Shown: one piece after another, positions 38,529 to 47,440 of the stretch
Layout of the letters: the number at the start of each line of letters is the position of its first letter
Position numbering within the stretch: position 1 is the stretch's first letter
Assembly (NCBI GenBank): GCA_963662795.1
Contig: OY759746.1
Coordinates: 2,880,001 to 2,944,000, forward strand
Direction: 5' to 3'
Length of the DNA: 64,000 nucleotides
Origin: Spirochaetia bacterium
GTDB taxonomy: Bacteria > Spirochaetota > Spirochaetia > CADAEX01
The notes under the pieces: generated by a model
What the model was told of the DNA's origin: nothing
What the model saw: the letters and a program-made list of their open reading frames with translations, nothing else
Database searches by the model: none
Position numbers and translations under genes: made by a program

Positions 38529-39383
38529 ATGAAAAACAGGGATAAGAAAAAATATCTTACAGATGATTATCTGGAAATGAAGAAGAAAAAAGAAAAGATA
38601 ACAATGCTCACCGCCTACTCATATCCTCAGGCTCTTGTGGCTGAAGAAGCGGGAATTGACTGTATACTAGTCGGTGATTCTCTTGGAATGGTTGAACTCG
38701 GTTACAGCAGTACAGTTCCTGTGACAATGGAAGATATGCTTCTCCATTTAAAGGCTGTTGTCCGCGGAGCGCCCCATACACACATAATCGTTGACATGCC
38801 TTTCATGAGCTACAATATATCAATTGAACAGGCAATTGCAAACGCAGGGGTTCTTTATCAGGGCGGCGGGGCAGATTCCGTAAAACTGGAAGGGGGCCAA
38901 AACAGCGCAAAAGTTATTAACGCTGTCTGCAGAGCAGGAATACCGGTATGTGCCCATATCGGACTTACACCCCAGACTGCATCCCTGCTTGGAGGATACA
39001 AGGTTCAGGGTAAAACACTTGATGCTGCCAAAAAACTTGTAGATGATGCCCTTGCGGTTGAAGATGCGGGCGCTTTCATGATAGTACTTGAAGCAATACC
39101 TATGAATCTTGCAGCAGTAATTACTGAAAAACTCGCAATTCCGACTGTTGGAATAGGGGGCGGGGTAAATTGTGACGGACAGGTGCTGGTTTTCCACGAT
39201 TTGATGGGACTTTACAAACAATTTACACCTAAATTTGTGAAAGTATACGCACAGATTCATGATGTCATGAAAAATGCCATAAAGAATTACGCAGAGGATG
39301 TCAGGGCAGGCAGGTTTCCTGCTGAAGAACACTCATTTACCATGAAAGATGATATAATTGAGAAGCTGTTAAAGATTTTATAA
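38529..39383 (+). CDS. panB: 3-methyl-2-oxobutanoate hydroxymethyltransferase
   Basis: ITMLTAY, ILVGDSLGM, VDMPFMSY, VKLEGG, HIGLTPQ, DGQVLVFHD. Confidence 0.98.
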   Translation: MKNRDKKKYLTDDYLEMKKKKEKITMLTAYSYPQALVAEEAGIDCILVGDSLGMVELGYSSTVPVTMEDMLLHLKAVVRGAPHTHIIVDMPFMSYNISIEQAIANAGVLYQGGGADSVKLEGGQNSAKVINAVCRAGIPVCAHIGLTPQTASLLGGYKVQGKTLDAAKKLVDDALAVEDAGAFMIVLEAIPMNLAAVITEKLAIPTVGIGGGVNCDGQVLVFHDLMGLYKQFTPKFVKVYAQIHDVMKNAIKNYAEDVRAGRFPAEEHSFTMKDDIIEKLLKIL

Positions 39384-39434
39384 TTTAGATTCGGCTGAAT
39401 ATGCAAAATCAGGATTAAACACCACGGAGAATAT

Positions 39435-40337
39435 ATGCCTGCAAAAATAATAAGCGGATATGAGGTGAGAGAGGAAATTCTCTCCCTGGTACGGAAGGAA
39501 ACAGAAGAAATCAGGGAAAAATACGGTAAGGTACCCGGACTTGCAACAATCCTTGTCGGAGATGATCCGGGATCTGTATCCTATGTCAGGCTTAAAATAC
39601 AGACAGCCGGCAGTCTCGGTTTCAGGGAAGTGCAGGTTAATCTATCTGAAAACACTACCGAGAAAGAACTTCTTGATATAATTGAAAAATACAACTGCGA
39701 TGATAACATCCATGGAATACTTGTGCAGCTTCCTCTTCCTCATCACATAAATGAAAAAAAAATTATCTATTCCATAAATCCTGACAAGGATGTTGACTGC
39801 TTTCACCCGATAAATGTCGGTAAAATGGTTTTAGGGTGCAGTGAATCAAGATTTAATCCGTGTACTCCGGCAGGAATAATTGAACTTATCAGGAAAACAG
39901 GAATTCCCCTATCCGGAGCTGAAGTAGCTGTAATCGGGAGATCCAATATTGTAGGGAAACCCCTCGCAAACATGCTTATCCAGAAGGCGCATAACTCTAC
40001 AGTTACAGTGCTTCATACCGGATCAAAAGATCTTGAATATCACTGCAGAAGAGCGGATATTGTTGTCGCTGCAGCCGGATGCCCCGGACTTGTTAAACCG
40101 CAGTGGATAAAACCGGGCGCCTGCGTGATTGATGTCGGTACAAACAGGATCGGCGATAAGATAAGCAAAAAAACAGGAAAAAAGATTGCGATTTTAAGAG
40201 GTGATGTCGATTTCGAAGAGGTTTCAAAGATTGCAGGCTATATAACACCTGTTCCAGGCGGTGTCGGCCCCATGACAATAACAATGCTGATGAAAAATAC
40301 ACTTGAATCACTCAAACATACACTCGGTCTTGTTTAG
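39435..40337 (+). CDS. folD: Methylenetetrahydrofolate dehydrogenase/cyclohydrolase
   Basis: PGLATILVG, HGILVQLPLP, KDVDCFHP, PCTPAG, GRSNIVGKP, TPVPGGVGPMT. Confidence 0.98.
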   Translation: MPAKIISGYEVREEILSLVRKETEEIREKYGKVPGLATILVGDDPGSVSYVRLKIQTAGSLGFREVQVNLSENTTEKELLDIIEKYNCDDNIHGILVQLPLPHHINEKKIIYSINPDKDVDCFHPINVGKMVLGCSESRFNPCTPAGIIELIRKTGIPLSGAEVAVIGRSNIVGKPLANMLIQKAHNSTVTVLHTGSKDLEYHCRRADIVVAAAGCPGLVKPQWIKPGACVIDVGTNRIGDKISKKTGKKIAILRGDVDFEEVSKIAGYITPVPGGVGPMTITMLMKNTLESLKHTLGLV

Positions 40338-40343
40338 GTGTTT

Positions 40344-40370
40344 TGATGCAGGAGATTCTCCCCTGCATCA
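40344..40370. terminator. Hairpin between convergent folD and beta-barrel gene
   Basis: TGATGCAGG-N9-CCTGCATCA. Confidence 0.65.
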
Positions 40371-40372
40371 GT

Positions 40373-40918
40373 TTAGAATACATATCTGATACCAATTGCC
40401 CCTGAGCCTGAAAATCCCGTATCCGGTGTTACCTCGAGACCTGCACCCACTTCAATATAAACGTTAAGCGGTTCGTCTGCGAATGTATGTTCAAGCCTTA
40501 AAACCCCCAGAACATCTGTTCTTAATTTATCACCTGTCCTTAAATAAACAGCCGGGCCGAAAGAAAGGGGAAATACATTATCCTTAATTACAATATCTGC
40601 AAGAGTGAAAAGGGCGTTTCCGCCCAGTGCCAGCTCATCAAAAGAATACAAACCAAGCACCGCGTTGAATTCGATCAGGTTTGTCATCTGGTATCCGAAT
40701 GTGATTCCGGTCGGATAGCCGAGTGACAGTCCTATTTTACCTTTTCCTTCAAGCTTTTCCTCAAGCTTATCAAGATTTATATCTTTATTGCTTTTTCCCG
40801 CTTCCAGCTTCCCAGGCTGGATATTAGCGTCCTGACTACGGTAGCTGCTTTCGGCATATACTGCTGTCAGCGACGCTGTTAAAAGAAATATTATCATAAG
40901 TAAAGCGGATTTTTTCAT
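40373..40918 (-). CDS. Small outer-membrane beta-barrel protein (DUF3996-like)
   Basis: Signal peptide; IGLSLGYPTGITF...PLNVYIEVG...GAIGIRYVF with terminal Phe. Confidence 0.7.
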   Translation of the reverse strand: MKKSALLMIIFLLTASLTAVYAESSYRSQDANIQPGKLEAGKSNKDINLDKLEEKLEGKGKIGLSLGYPTGITFGYQMTNLIEFNAVLGLYSFDELALGGNALFTLADIVIKDNVFPLSFGPAVYLRTGDKLRTDVLGVLRLEHTFADEPLNVYIEVGAGLEVTPDTGFSGSGAIGIRYVF

Positions 40919-40990
40919 AGTTAAACTCCAATTTATCTCCAGTCGTATTGCCTTAAAGATAACTGTTTTTTAATTAATTCTCAATTACTT

Positions 40991-41623
40991 TCAGTTTCTG
41001 TCTGCGGTCAAAATTTCAAACAGTAATTTAAGAGGAATCCGCCCGTCTGTGTCTTTACCGGGCTGATAATGATTTTTATCGCTGAAATCCTTGTTTATTC
41101 TGTAAAGCGAAGAGTTTACCATGTCAAGGTCTATGGCAAATTCAGTGTCAAATTCAAAATCATCATCAACTGCGGTAAAATTAAGCCCGCAGACAGCTAG
41201 TGTATAATTTTCAGGGTATTCAGAATAATACAGAAGCGGAAGCCCCTGGGTCCTGCATATAACAGGCCTGTGCCGGTATATCGAACAGGCAGAGTTGTTG
41301 AGGAAGATGCAGCTTTCAGGTTCCGTATCGATGTTTCCATCCGGTTCAGATGAAGCATATTCTGTTTTTACGCTTCTGCTGGCAGTGCATCGGCCGGAAA
41401 AGCCATCGAAAAGACCGGGAGGCAGTTTTTTATCCTCAAGTTCTTTTTTTATGGCATAAAATTCAACAGGCATCAGGGAAATTGGTATGCAGCAGGAGGA
41501 ACAGCCTGACCGGCATATAATATTGTCAGCGTAATATGCAGTAATTACTGCGGCTTTACTGTCAATTTTATCCCGCAGTGCAAAATAGTCATGAAAATAA
41601 TTGTTCTTCAGACAATACTCCAC
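40991..41623 (-). CDS. YkgJ-family cysteine-cluster protein
   Basis: CRSGCSSCC...CIFL...CSIYRHRPVICR. Confidence 0.9.
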   Translation of the reverse strand: MEYCLKNNYFHDYFALRDKIDSKAAVITAYYADNIICRSGCSSCCIPISLMPVEFYAIKKELEDKKLPPGLFDGFSGRCTASRSVKTEYASSEPDGNIDTEPESCIFLNNSACSIYRHRPVICRTQGLPLLYYSEYPENYTLAVCGLNFTAVDDDFEFDTEFAIDLDMVNSSLYRINKDFSDKNHYQPGKDTDGRIPLKLLFEILTADRN

Positions 41624-42642
41624 TGCGCATCCTCACCGGCCATGAATGGAATAACGCTTCCCCTGTTTCCGGGAATTTTAAAGCTCTTTTTTTCAAGCGT
41701 TATTGTTCCTTTATTAAGGCCCAGGCTGTAGAATTCCGCCCCGAAAAGTGATGTGAATTTTTCCATAAGGTCAAGCGATCCGTTATTATCGAAAAAAGAA
41801 GCAAGCAGAGGCAGCGCACAGGGAGCCGTATATATACCTGCGTTTCCGTTTATTTTAAGTTTTGATATTTCAGGGTGGGGTGCGCTGTCAGAACCGAAGA
41901 AGAATTTACTGTTTCCCGACAGTGCTGATTTTCTTACCGCATCCCTGTCCTGAGGTGTTTTTACAACAGGCTTGCAGAAATTATGGGGATTTATACCTCC
42001 TCCGATAAGGTCATCCAGCGTGAGATATAAATGGTGGACTGTTATTGTTGCGGCCAGATTTGGTGGTCCGGAAAGTACAAAATCCACTCCTTCCTTACTT
42101 GAAACATGCTCAAGAACAACCTTGAGTGAAGGATAGTTTTGAAGTATTGCGCCGAGTTCAGTCAGATAGTCCTTTTCCCTTTCAAGAACAAAGGAATCAG
42201 GCACTTCTCCATGAATGGAAAGAACAATTCCCTTTTTTTCCATAAATGAGAGGGCTTCCCGTATCTGTTTCCACGATTTAACGCCGTCCTCTGCGTTTGT
42301 TGTGCTTCCCTCAGGATAGAGCTTCCCGGCCACGGCTCCGGCCTCTAAAAGGGCCTCTAAAACATCTTCTTTCATATCCGGGTAAAGCTTGAAAGTCATG
42401 AGAGGGGTAAAATCCGGTTCCCCGGGCAACTCTTTAAGCGCTTCTTCAATTTCACCCAAATAGGCTGTAAGTCTCTGAGCGCTGTTAACAGGCGGGAGAA
42501 TGTTCGGCATTACAAGCGCTCTGGCAAACCCGCCGGCAGTATCCGCGATACAGTTTTTTAGAAGTTCCCCCTGCCTCAGGTGAAGATGCATGTCATCCGG
42601 CTTGCGTATTGAAATCCTCTCTTTTGTCCGGGCTGTCATCAT
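41608..42642 (-). CDS. pyrC: Dihydroorotase (homodimeric type)
   Basis: PDDMHLHLR, VMPN, KLYPEGSTTN, IHGEV, LEHV, ATITVHHL, FCKPV, GSDSAPH. Confidence 0.96.
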   Translation of the reverse strand: MMTARTKERISIRKPDDMHLHLRQGELLKNCIADTAGGFARALVMPNILPPVNSAQRLTAYLGEIEEALKELPGEPDFTPLMTFKLYPDMKEDVLEALLEAGAVAGKLYPEGSTTNAEDGVKSWKQIREALSFMEKKGIVLSIHGEVPDSFVLEREKDYLTELGAILQNYPSLKVVLEHVSSKEGVDFVLSGPPNLAATITVHHLYLTLDDLIGGGINPHNFCKPVVKTPQDRDAVRKSALSGNSKFFFGSDSAPHPEISKLKINGNAGIYTAPCALPLLASFFDNNGSLDLMEKFTSLFGAEFYSLGLNKGTITLEKKSFKIPGNRGSVIPFMAGEDAQWSIV

Positions 42643-42699
42643 GGTTGCAGTATAGACTTAAAAAAAATAAAAATAAAGCAATTCTTTTTGCAGAAGCGG

Positions 42700-42763
42700 T
42701 TGACACTTGAAAGATCCTGAGGTATATATTTCTATACATAGAAACGTTACTACGTGTAGAAAC
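42700..42763 (+). promoter_or_regulatory. trp operon promoter with tandem 18-bp palindromic operators
   Basis: TTGACA (42700-05) and a TATATATT -10 region (42723-30), then ATTTCTATACATAGAAAC (42728-45) and GTTACTACGTGTAGAAAC (42746-63). Confidence 0.7.
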
Positions 42764-42791
42764 CATTAATCAACAGCAACAGGAGGAGCCA

Positions 42792-44210
42792 ATGCCGGCC
42801 CGTGAAGATACTGTTCTTAAAATTATTTCCGGAGAAAATTATACTCCGTGCGGTCTTGCGGAAAAACTGGGCGCCCGCGTAGTGCTTGAATCCGCATCCT
42901 ACATGAAAGGAAAATCGCGGCACTCGCTTCTTCTTATAGATGAAGCATTCAGGCTTGTACAGCATGACGATGAAATATCAATAATAAAAACAAATTCGTC
43001 ACCGGAAAGAAAAGCTGTTTTAATGCCGGAATTCCGCGACATTCTTGATGCTGCAGGGTATTTTGCAAAACAGCATGCAGCGCTTGAATTCCCTTTTCCG
43101 GCCGGCGGGATAGGCTATCTTTCATACGAATTTGTAAAAAACTGCGACAAGGTTCAGTTCAGAAACCGTTCCGGGGAAAAAACAATACTTCCTGAAATAC
43201 CTGAAGCATCGCTGCTTTTCGGGCATGTTTTTTTGATTTTTGACCACTATACAGATCTTATCTACCTGCTTGGCATTAACTATGAAGAGGCCGTAATTGA
43301 CCTTGTGTCCAGGATCGCAGGTGTCGAAAAAAGGATAAAAGACCTTGATTTTAACTATCTTGTTGACCGGGATGAAAAATATGAGTGTTCTGTTGTTTAT
43401 AATCCGCCTGCAGAAGAGTTTATGGACAATGTCGTTAAGATAAAGGATGAAATAAAAAAGGGTAATCTCCTTCAGTGTGTTGTATCAAGAAAACTTGGAA
43501 TCAAAACTGATATGCCCCCGTTCAAGGCATATAAGAAACTGAAATCAGCATCCCCCTCTCCCTATATGTTTTTTCTCGACTTTACAGATTTTCAGCTGTT
43601 CGGCTCGTCTCCTGAAGTGCATCTGCTTGTAAATGAAGATAAGGCAACAATGAGGCCTATTGCGGGGACAAGGAGGAGAGGAAGTGATCAGGAGGAAGAT
43701 ACTGCGCTTGAGAAAGAACTTCTTGAAGATGAAAAAGAGGGATGTGAGCATCTTATGCTTGTAGACCTTGCCAGAAATGATCTTGGAAGGGTCTGCCGTG
43801 CGGGGTCCGTAAAGGTCGCCGAATCAAGAACAATAGAAAGATATTCCCATGTGATGCATATTGTTTCGCAGGTCGGGGGTGAGCTTGGGGACGGGGTAAC
43901 AGGTGCTCAGGCCCTGAGGGCGACTTTTCCCGCGGGAACTGTATCAGGCGCGCCCAAGCTTAAGGCAATAGAGATAATTGACCGCCTTGAAAAGGAAAAG
44001 AGAGGCTTTTATGCCGGAATTGTCGGTTATTTTGAACCCGGCGGCAATCTCAACTCATGTATAAATATAAGGAGCGGCATGAAAGCCGGGAATATTCTTA
44101 CCCTGCAGTCCGGCGCCGGAATAGTCGCGGATTCCGTACCAGAGAGGGAATACGAAGAGACCTGTGAAAAAATGCGGGCAATTGCAAAAGTACTTGGACT
44201 GGAGGTCTAG
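42792..44210 (+). CDS. trpE: Anthranilate synthase component I
   Basis: VVLESA, PSPYMF, GSSPE, PIAGTRRRG, EHLMLVDLARND, FPAGTVSGAPK. Confidence 0.97.
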   Translation: MPAREDTVLKIISGENYTPCGLAEKLGARVVLESASYMKGKSRHSLLLIDEAFRLVQHDDEISIIKTNSSPERKAVLMPEFRDILDAAGYFAKQHAALEFPFPAGGIGYLSYEFVKNCDKVQFRNRSGEKTILPEIPEASLLFGHVFLIFDHYTDLIYLLGINYEEAVIDLVSRIAGVEKRIKDLDFNYLVDRDEKYECSVVYNPPAEEFMDNVVKIKDEIKKGNLLQCVVSRKLGIKTDMPPFKAYKKLKSASPSPYMFFLDFTDFQLFGSSPEVHLLVNEDKATMRPIAGTRRRGSDQEEDTALEKELLEDEKEGCEHLMLVDLARNDLGRVCRAGSVKVAESRTIERYSHVMHIVSQVGGELGDGVTGAQALRATFPAGTVSGAPKLKAIEIIDRLEKEKRGFYAGIVGYFEPGGNLNSCINIRSGMKAGNILTLQSGAGIVADSVPEREYEETCEKMRAIAKVLGLEV

Positions 44211-44213
44211 AAA

Positions 44214-45830
44214 ATGTACCTGATTATTGATAATTACGATTCTTTTACATATAACCTTTATCAGTATCTGTGTCAGATAACGGCCAAAAAAGTCGAGGTC
44301 AGGAGAAATGATGAGATTACTGTTGAAGGAATAAAGGAACTTTCTCCCGAAGGTATTATCATCTCTCCCGGCCCCGGGCGGCCCGAGGAAAGCGGCATCA
44401 TCATAGACTGCATAAAAGAGTTTGCAGGAAAAATACCTATACTAGGGGTATGCCTCGGGCATCAGGCTATAGGGGCCGCCTTCGGGGGCGATATAATTCT
44501 GTCGTCTAAAATCTATCACGGCAAAACAGATAAAATAACCAATGACGGCAAAGGGGTTTTTAGAAACCTCTCCCCGGTTCTCGATATGGTCAGGTATCAT
44601 TCGCTTGTTATTGACTCATGTAAACTGCCTGCTGAACTTGAAATTACAGCAACTTCGAGCGACGGTGAGATAATGGGTGTAAGGCATAAATTGTATGATG
44701 TTGAGGGGGTCCAGTTCCATCCTGAATCCTATGGTTCTGAATCGGGGATCCAGCTCCTTAAAAATTTTATAAATTACAGAAGGGAATCCTGCACACCCAA
44801 AAAAATTCTTACTTCAATCATGAAACATAAAAATCTTATTTTTGATGAAGCCTCGGATTTTATGGAAGAGCTGACCGAAGGAAATCTGAGCGAGGCAGTT
44901 ATTGCAGGTTTTCTTACTGCCCTTAACACGAAAGGAATATCGGCTGAAGAGATTGCAGGATGCGCTTCCGTCCTTAAAAGAAAAAAGAAATCCATCAGAA
45001 TTGAAGGAAAGGTAATTGATACATGCGGAACCGGAGGAGACGAACTCGGGACTTTCAACATATCTTCCCTCGCCGCGATTGCGGCCGCATCCTGCGGAGC
45101 CAAAGTAGCAAAACACGGAAACAGGGCAGTAAGCTCGCTTACAGGCAGCGCTGATTTTTACCGTGAGCTCGGGGTTCCTGTTGACATTACTCCGGGTGAA
45201 GCGGAAAAAATGATTGATGAGGAGGGGTTTGCTTTTCTTTTTGCCCCTTTTTATCACAGCGCAATGAGGTTCGCGGGACCGGTGCGGCAGAAGCTTGGTT
45301 TTAAGACAATAATGAATCTTCTCGGACCGCTTGTGAATCCAGCGGATACAAAATACCAGCTCATAGGGGTTTATGATCCCTCTCTTTGCAGGACGATGGC
45401 GGAAGCCGCAAAAATACTCGGAGCAGAGCGGGTAATGATTGTTCACGGGCTTGACGGACAGGATGAAATATCTGTTACAGGAGGCACCAGGATTGTAACA
45501 ATAGATGAAAAAGGCAATGAGGATATCTTTACTTTTGATCCGCTTCAGAACGGGCTGAAAATTCATGATATCTCAGGGCTTAAAGGGGGAAATGCTGCGG
45601 TTAACGCATCTATCGCGCTTGAAGTAGTGAACAACAGGGGATACGGGGCTGTAAAGGAATCTGTTTCACTTAACGGGGGGGCGGCCCTTTACGTCTGCGG
45701 TATTGCAGGAAGCATTATGGAAGGTTACGGTATTGTAAAGGAAAGTATTGAAAGCGGACGGGTCAGGGAAAAACTTGAAAGTCTTATAAGCATGAACAGG
45801 ATGCTTCCGGAAAAAGGTAAAAATAAGTGA
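44214..45830 (+). CDS. trpGD: Fused anthranilate synthase component II / anthranilate phosphoribosyltransferase
   Basis: IDNYDSFTYNL, LGVCLGHQ, VQFHPES, then DTCGTGGD, FNISS, KHGNR, NLLGPL. Confidence 0.96.
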   Translation: MYLIIDNYDSFTYNLYQYLCQITAKKVEVRRNDEITVEGIKELSPEGIIISPGPGRPEESGIIIDCIKEFAGKIPILGVCLGHQAIGAAFGGDIILSSKIYHGKTDKITNDGKGVFRNLSPVLDMVRYHSLVIDSCKLPAELEITATSSDGEIMGVRHKLYDVEGVQFHPESYGSESGIQLLKNFINYRRESCTPKKILTSIMKHKNLIFDEASDFMEELTEGNLSEAVIAGFLTALNTKGISAEEIAGCASVLKRKKKSIRIEGKVIDTCGTGGDELGTFNISSLAAIAAASCGAKVAKHGNRAVSSLTGSADFYRELGVPVDITPGEAEKMIDEEGFAFLFAPFYHSAMRFAGPVRQKLGFKTIMNLLGPLVNPADTKYQLIGVYDPSLCRTMAEAAKILGAERVMIVHGLDGQDEISVTGGTRIVTIDEKGNEDIFTFDPLQNGLKIHDISGLKGGNAAVNASIALEVVNNRGYGAVKESVSLNGGAALYVCGIAGSIMEGYGIVKESIESGRVREKLESLISMNRMLPEKGKNK

Positions 45831-47410
45831 ACATTCTGGAAGAAATTGTCGTGCGCCGGAAAATCAGGGTTTCGGTGAAAGGGGCGTCCCAGGGAATAAG
45901 ACTGCCTGAAAAAAGGGAGGTCCCGCTTGTTCCCTTTGCAGCCGGAAACACATTTATCTCAGACCGGAAGGGGGGAAATCCCGGTGGGATATCTGACAAT
46001 GCTTCCGGCAAGAGGTGCTTTGTAATTGCGGAGGTGAAGGGGAAATCTCCTTCCGCCGGTATTATAAGCAGCGCTTTTAACCCTGTTTCAATAGCGGCTC
46101 ATTACGCGAAGGCCGGGATAAGTGAAATATCTGTCCTTACAGAGGAAGAATACTTCGGCGGGTCTTTGCAGTATCTGGCAGATATAAAAAAAGCATTTCC
46201 GAAAATTGCTGTGCTGAGAAAGGATTTTCTCCTTACAAATGAAGATATTGATATCTCCTGGAGGGCAGGGGCGGATGCTGTTCTCCTTATTTCCTCCATA
46301 CTTGATAAAGAGACGCTTGGATGTCTTTTGAGAAGAGCTTCAGAGCTGGGGCTCACTGTGCTTGTAGAGGTGCATTCATTATCTGATATAGAAAAAATAA
46401 AGGAGTTAAAACCTCCTGTTGTGGGAATTAACTCACGTAACCTTGAAAACTTCAGGGTTGACAAGGCACTTCCCATGATGCTGGCCGGCTGTATTGACTG
46501 GGACGCGTCCCTGGTTTTTGAATCAGGCATAAAAAATGCGGAGGATGCGGATTATGCGTATCAGGGCGGATTCAGCGGCGTACTCTGCGGAGAGGCCCTC
46601 GTGAAAGATAAAACTCTTGCTCATCAGATGCAGGAGCTTGCCCGCCGTCGTACGGCATATAATGAATCAGACGGCGTCAACGTAAAAAGGGGAAGTGAGT
46701 TTTTCTGGAGAAGACTTTATAAAAACTGCATAGTGTCTGCCGGCGGGAACAGCGGCAGGATAAACAGACCTTTAATAAAGATCTGCGGGATTACCAATAC
46801 AGGTGACGCAAATGCTTCAGCTGATATGGGGGCAGATATGATTGGATTTGTATTTGCCGATTCACCCCGCCGGGCAGGAACCGGTCTGCCGGAAAAATTA
46901 TCATCGCTTGATATATTAAAGACAGCAGTTGTAAGAAATCCCGATACTGTTCTGATCGAATATCTGAAAAGCCTTTATGCCTACGGATTTATAGACGCAG
47001 TACAGTACCACGGCTCAGAATCTCCTGCTTTCTGCCGTGATGCCGGAATCCCTTATTACAAGTCCATGAGTTTTATGAACGTAAATAATAACACAAAATA
47101 CCATAAAGACGGCAGCGGGGAACTCCCTGATTATTCTCTTGTTTACGGCTGCCCGAGATTTCTTACAGATTCAGCTATCGGTGGAAGAGAAGGCGGCACA
47201 GGGGTAGCTGTTGAAAGCCATATAGTAGACGCAGTAAGAAAACGGGAACCCCTATGGCTTGCAGGGGGGCTGTCTGATGAAAATATTAAATCTGTAATTG
47301 AATGTTACAGCCCTGAGCTTGTTGACGCCTCGAGCAGACTTGAAGAATATCACGGAAAAAAAGATCTTAAAAAGCTTGAAAGTTTTATCAGGCAAATCAA
47401 AAGCTTTTAA
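45827..47410 (+). CDS. trpCF: Fused indole-3-glycerol-phosphate synthase / phosphoribosylanthranilate isomerase
   Basis: IAEVKGKSPSAG, ISVLTE, LRKDF, GINSRNL, FESGI, then IKICGIT, GGTG, WLAGGL, VDASS. Confidence 0.95.
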   Translation: MNILEEIVVRRKIRVSVKGASQGIRLPEKREVPLVPFAAGNTFISDRKGGNPGGISDNASGKRCFVIAEVKGKSPSAGIISSAFNPVSIAAHYAKAGISEISVLTEEEYFGGSLQYLADIKKAFPKIAVLRKDFLLTNEDIDISWRAGADAVLLISSILDKETLGCLLRRASELGLTVLVEVHSLSDIEKIKELKPPVVGINSRNLENFRVDKALPMMLAGCIDWDASLVFESGIKNAEDADYAYQGGFSGVLCGEALVKDKTLAHQMQELARRRTAYNESDGVNVKRGSEFFWRRLYKNCIVSAGGNSGRINRPLIKICGITNTGDANASADMGADMIGFVFADSPRRAGTGLPEKLSSLDILKTAVVRNPDTVLIEYLKSLYAYGFIDAVQYHGSESPAFCRDAGIPYYKSMSFMNVNNNTKYHKDGSGELPDYSLVYGCPRFLTDSAIGGREGGTGVAVESHIVDAVRKREPLWLAGGLSDENIKSVIECYSPELVDASSRLEEYHGKKDLKKLESFIRQIKSF

Positions 47411-47440
47411 TTATTCATTAATTTGAGATACGGGGGGAAG

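Noticed and set aside
42750-42965. trp leader peptide or attenuator
   Set aside because: This ORF is on the wrong strand; the plus-strand leader has no Trp codons or terminator hairpin.
44814-45566. Long antisense ORFs (also 1147-1590, 37654-38130, 38820-39332, 55314-55880)
   Set aside because: They lie opposite well-supported genes and show no motifs; codon-bias shadows.
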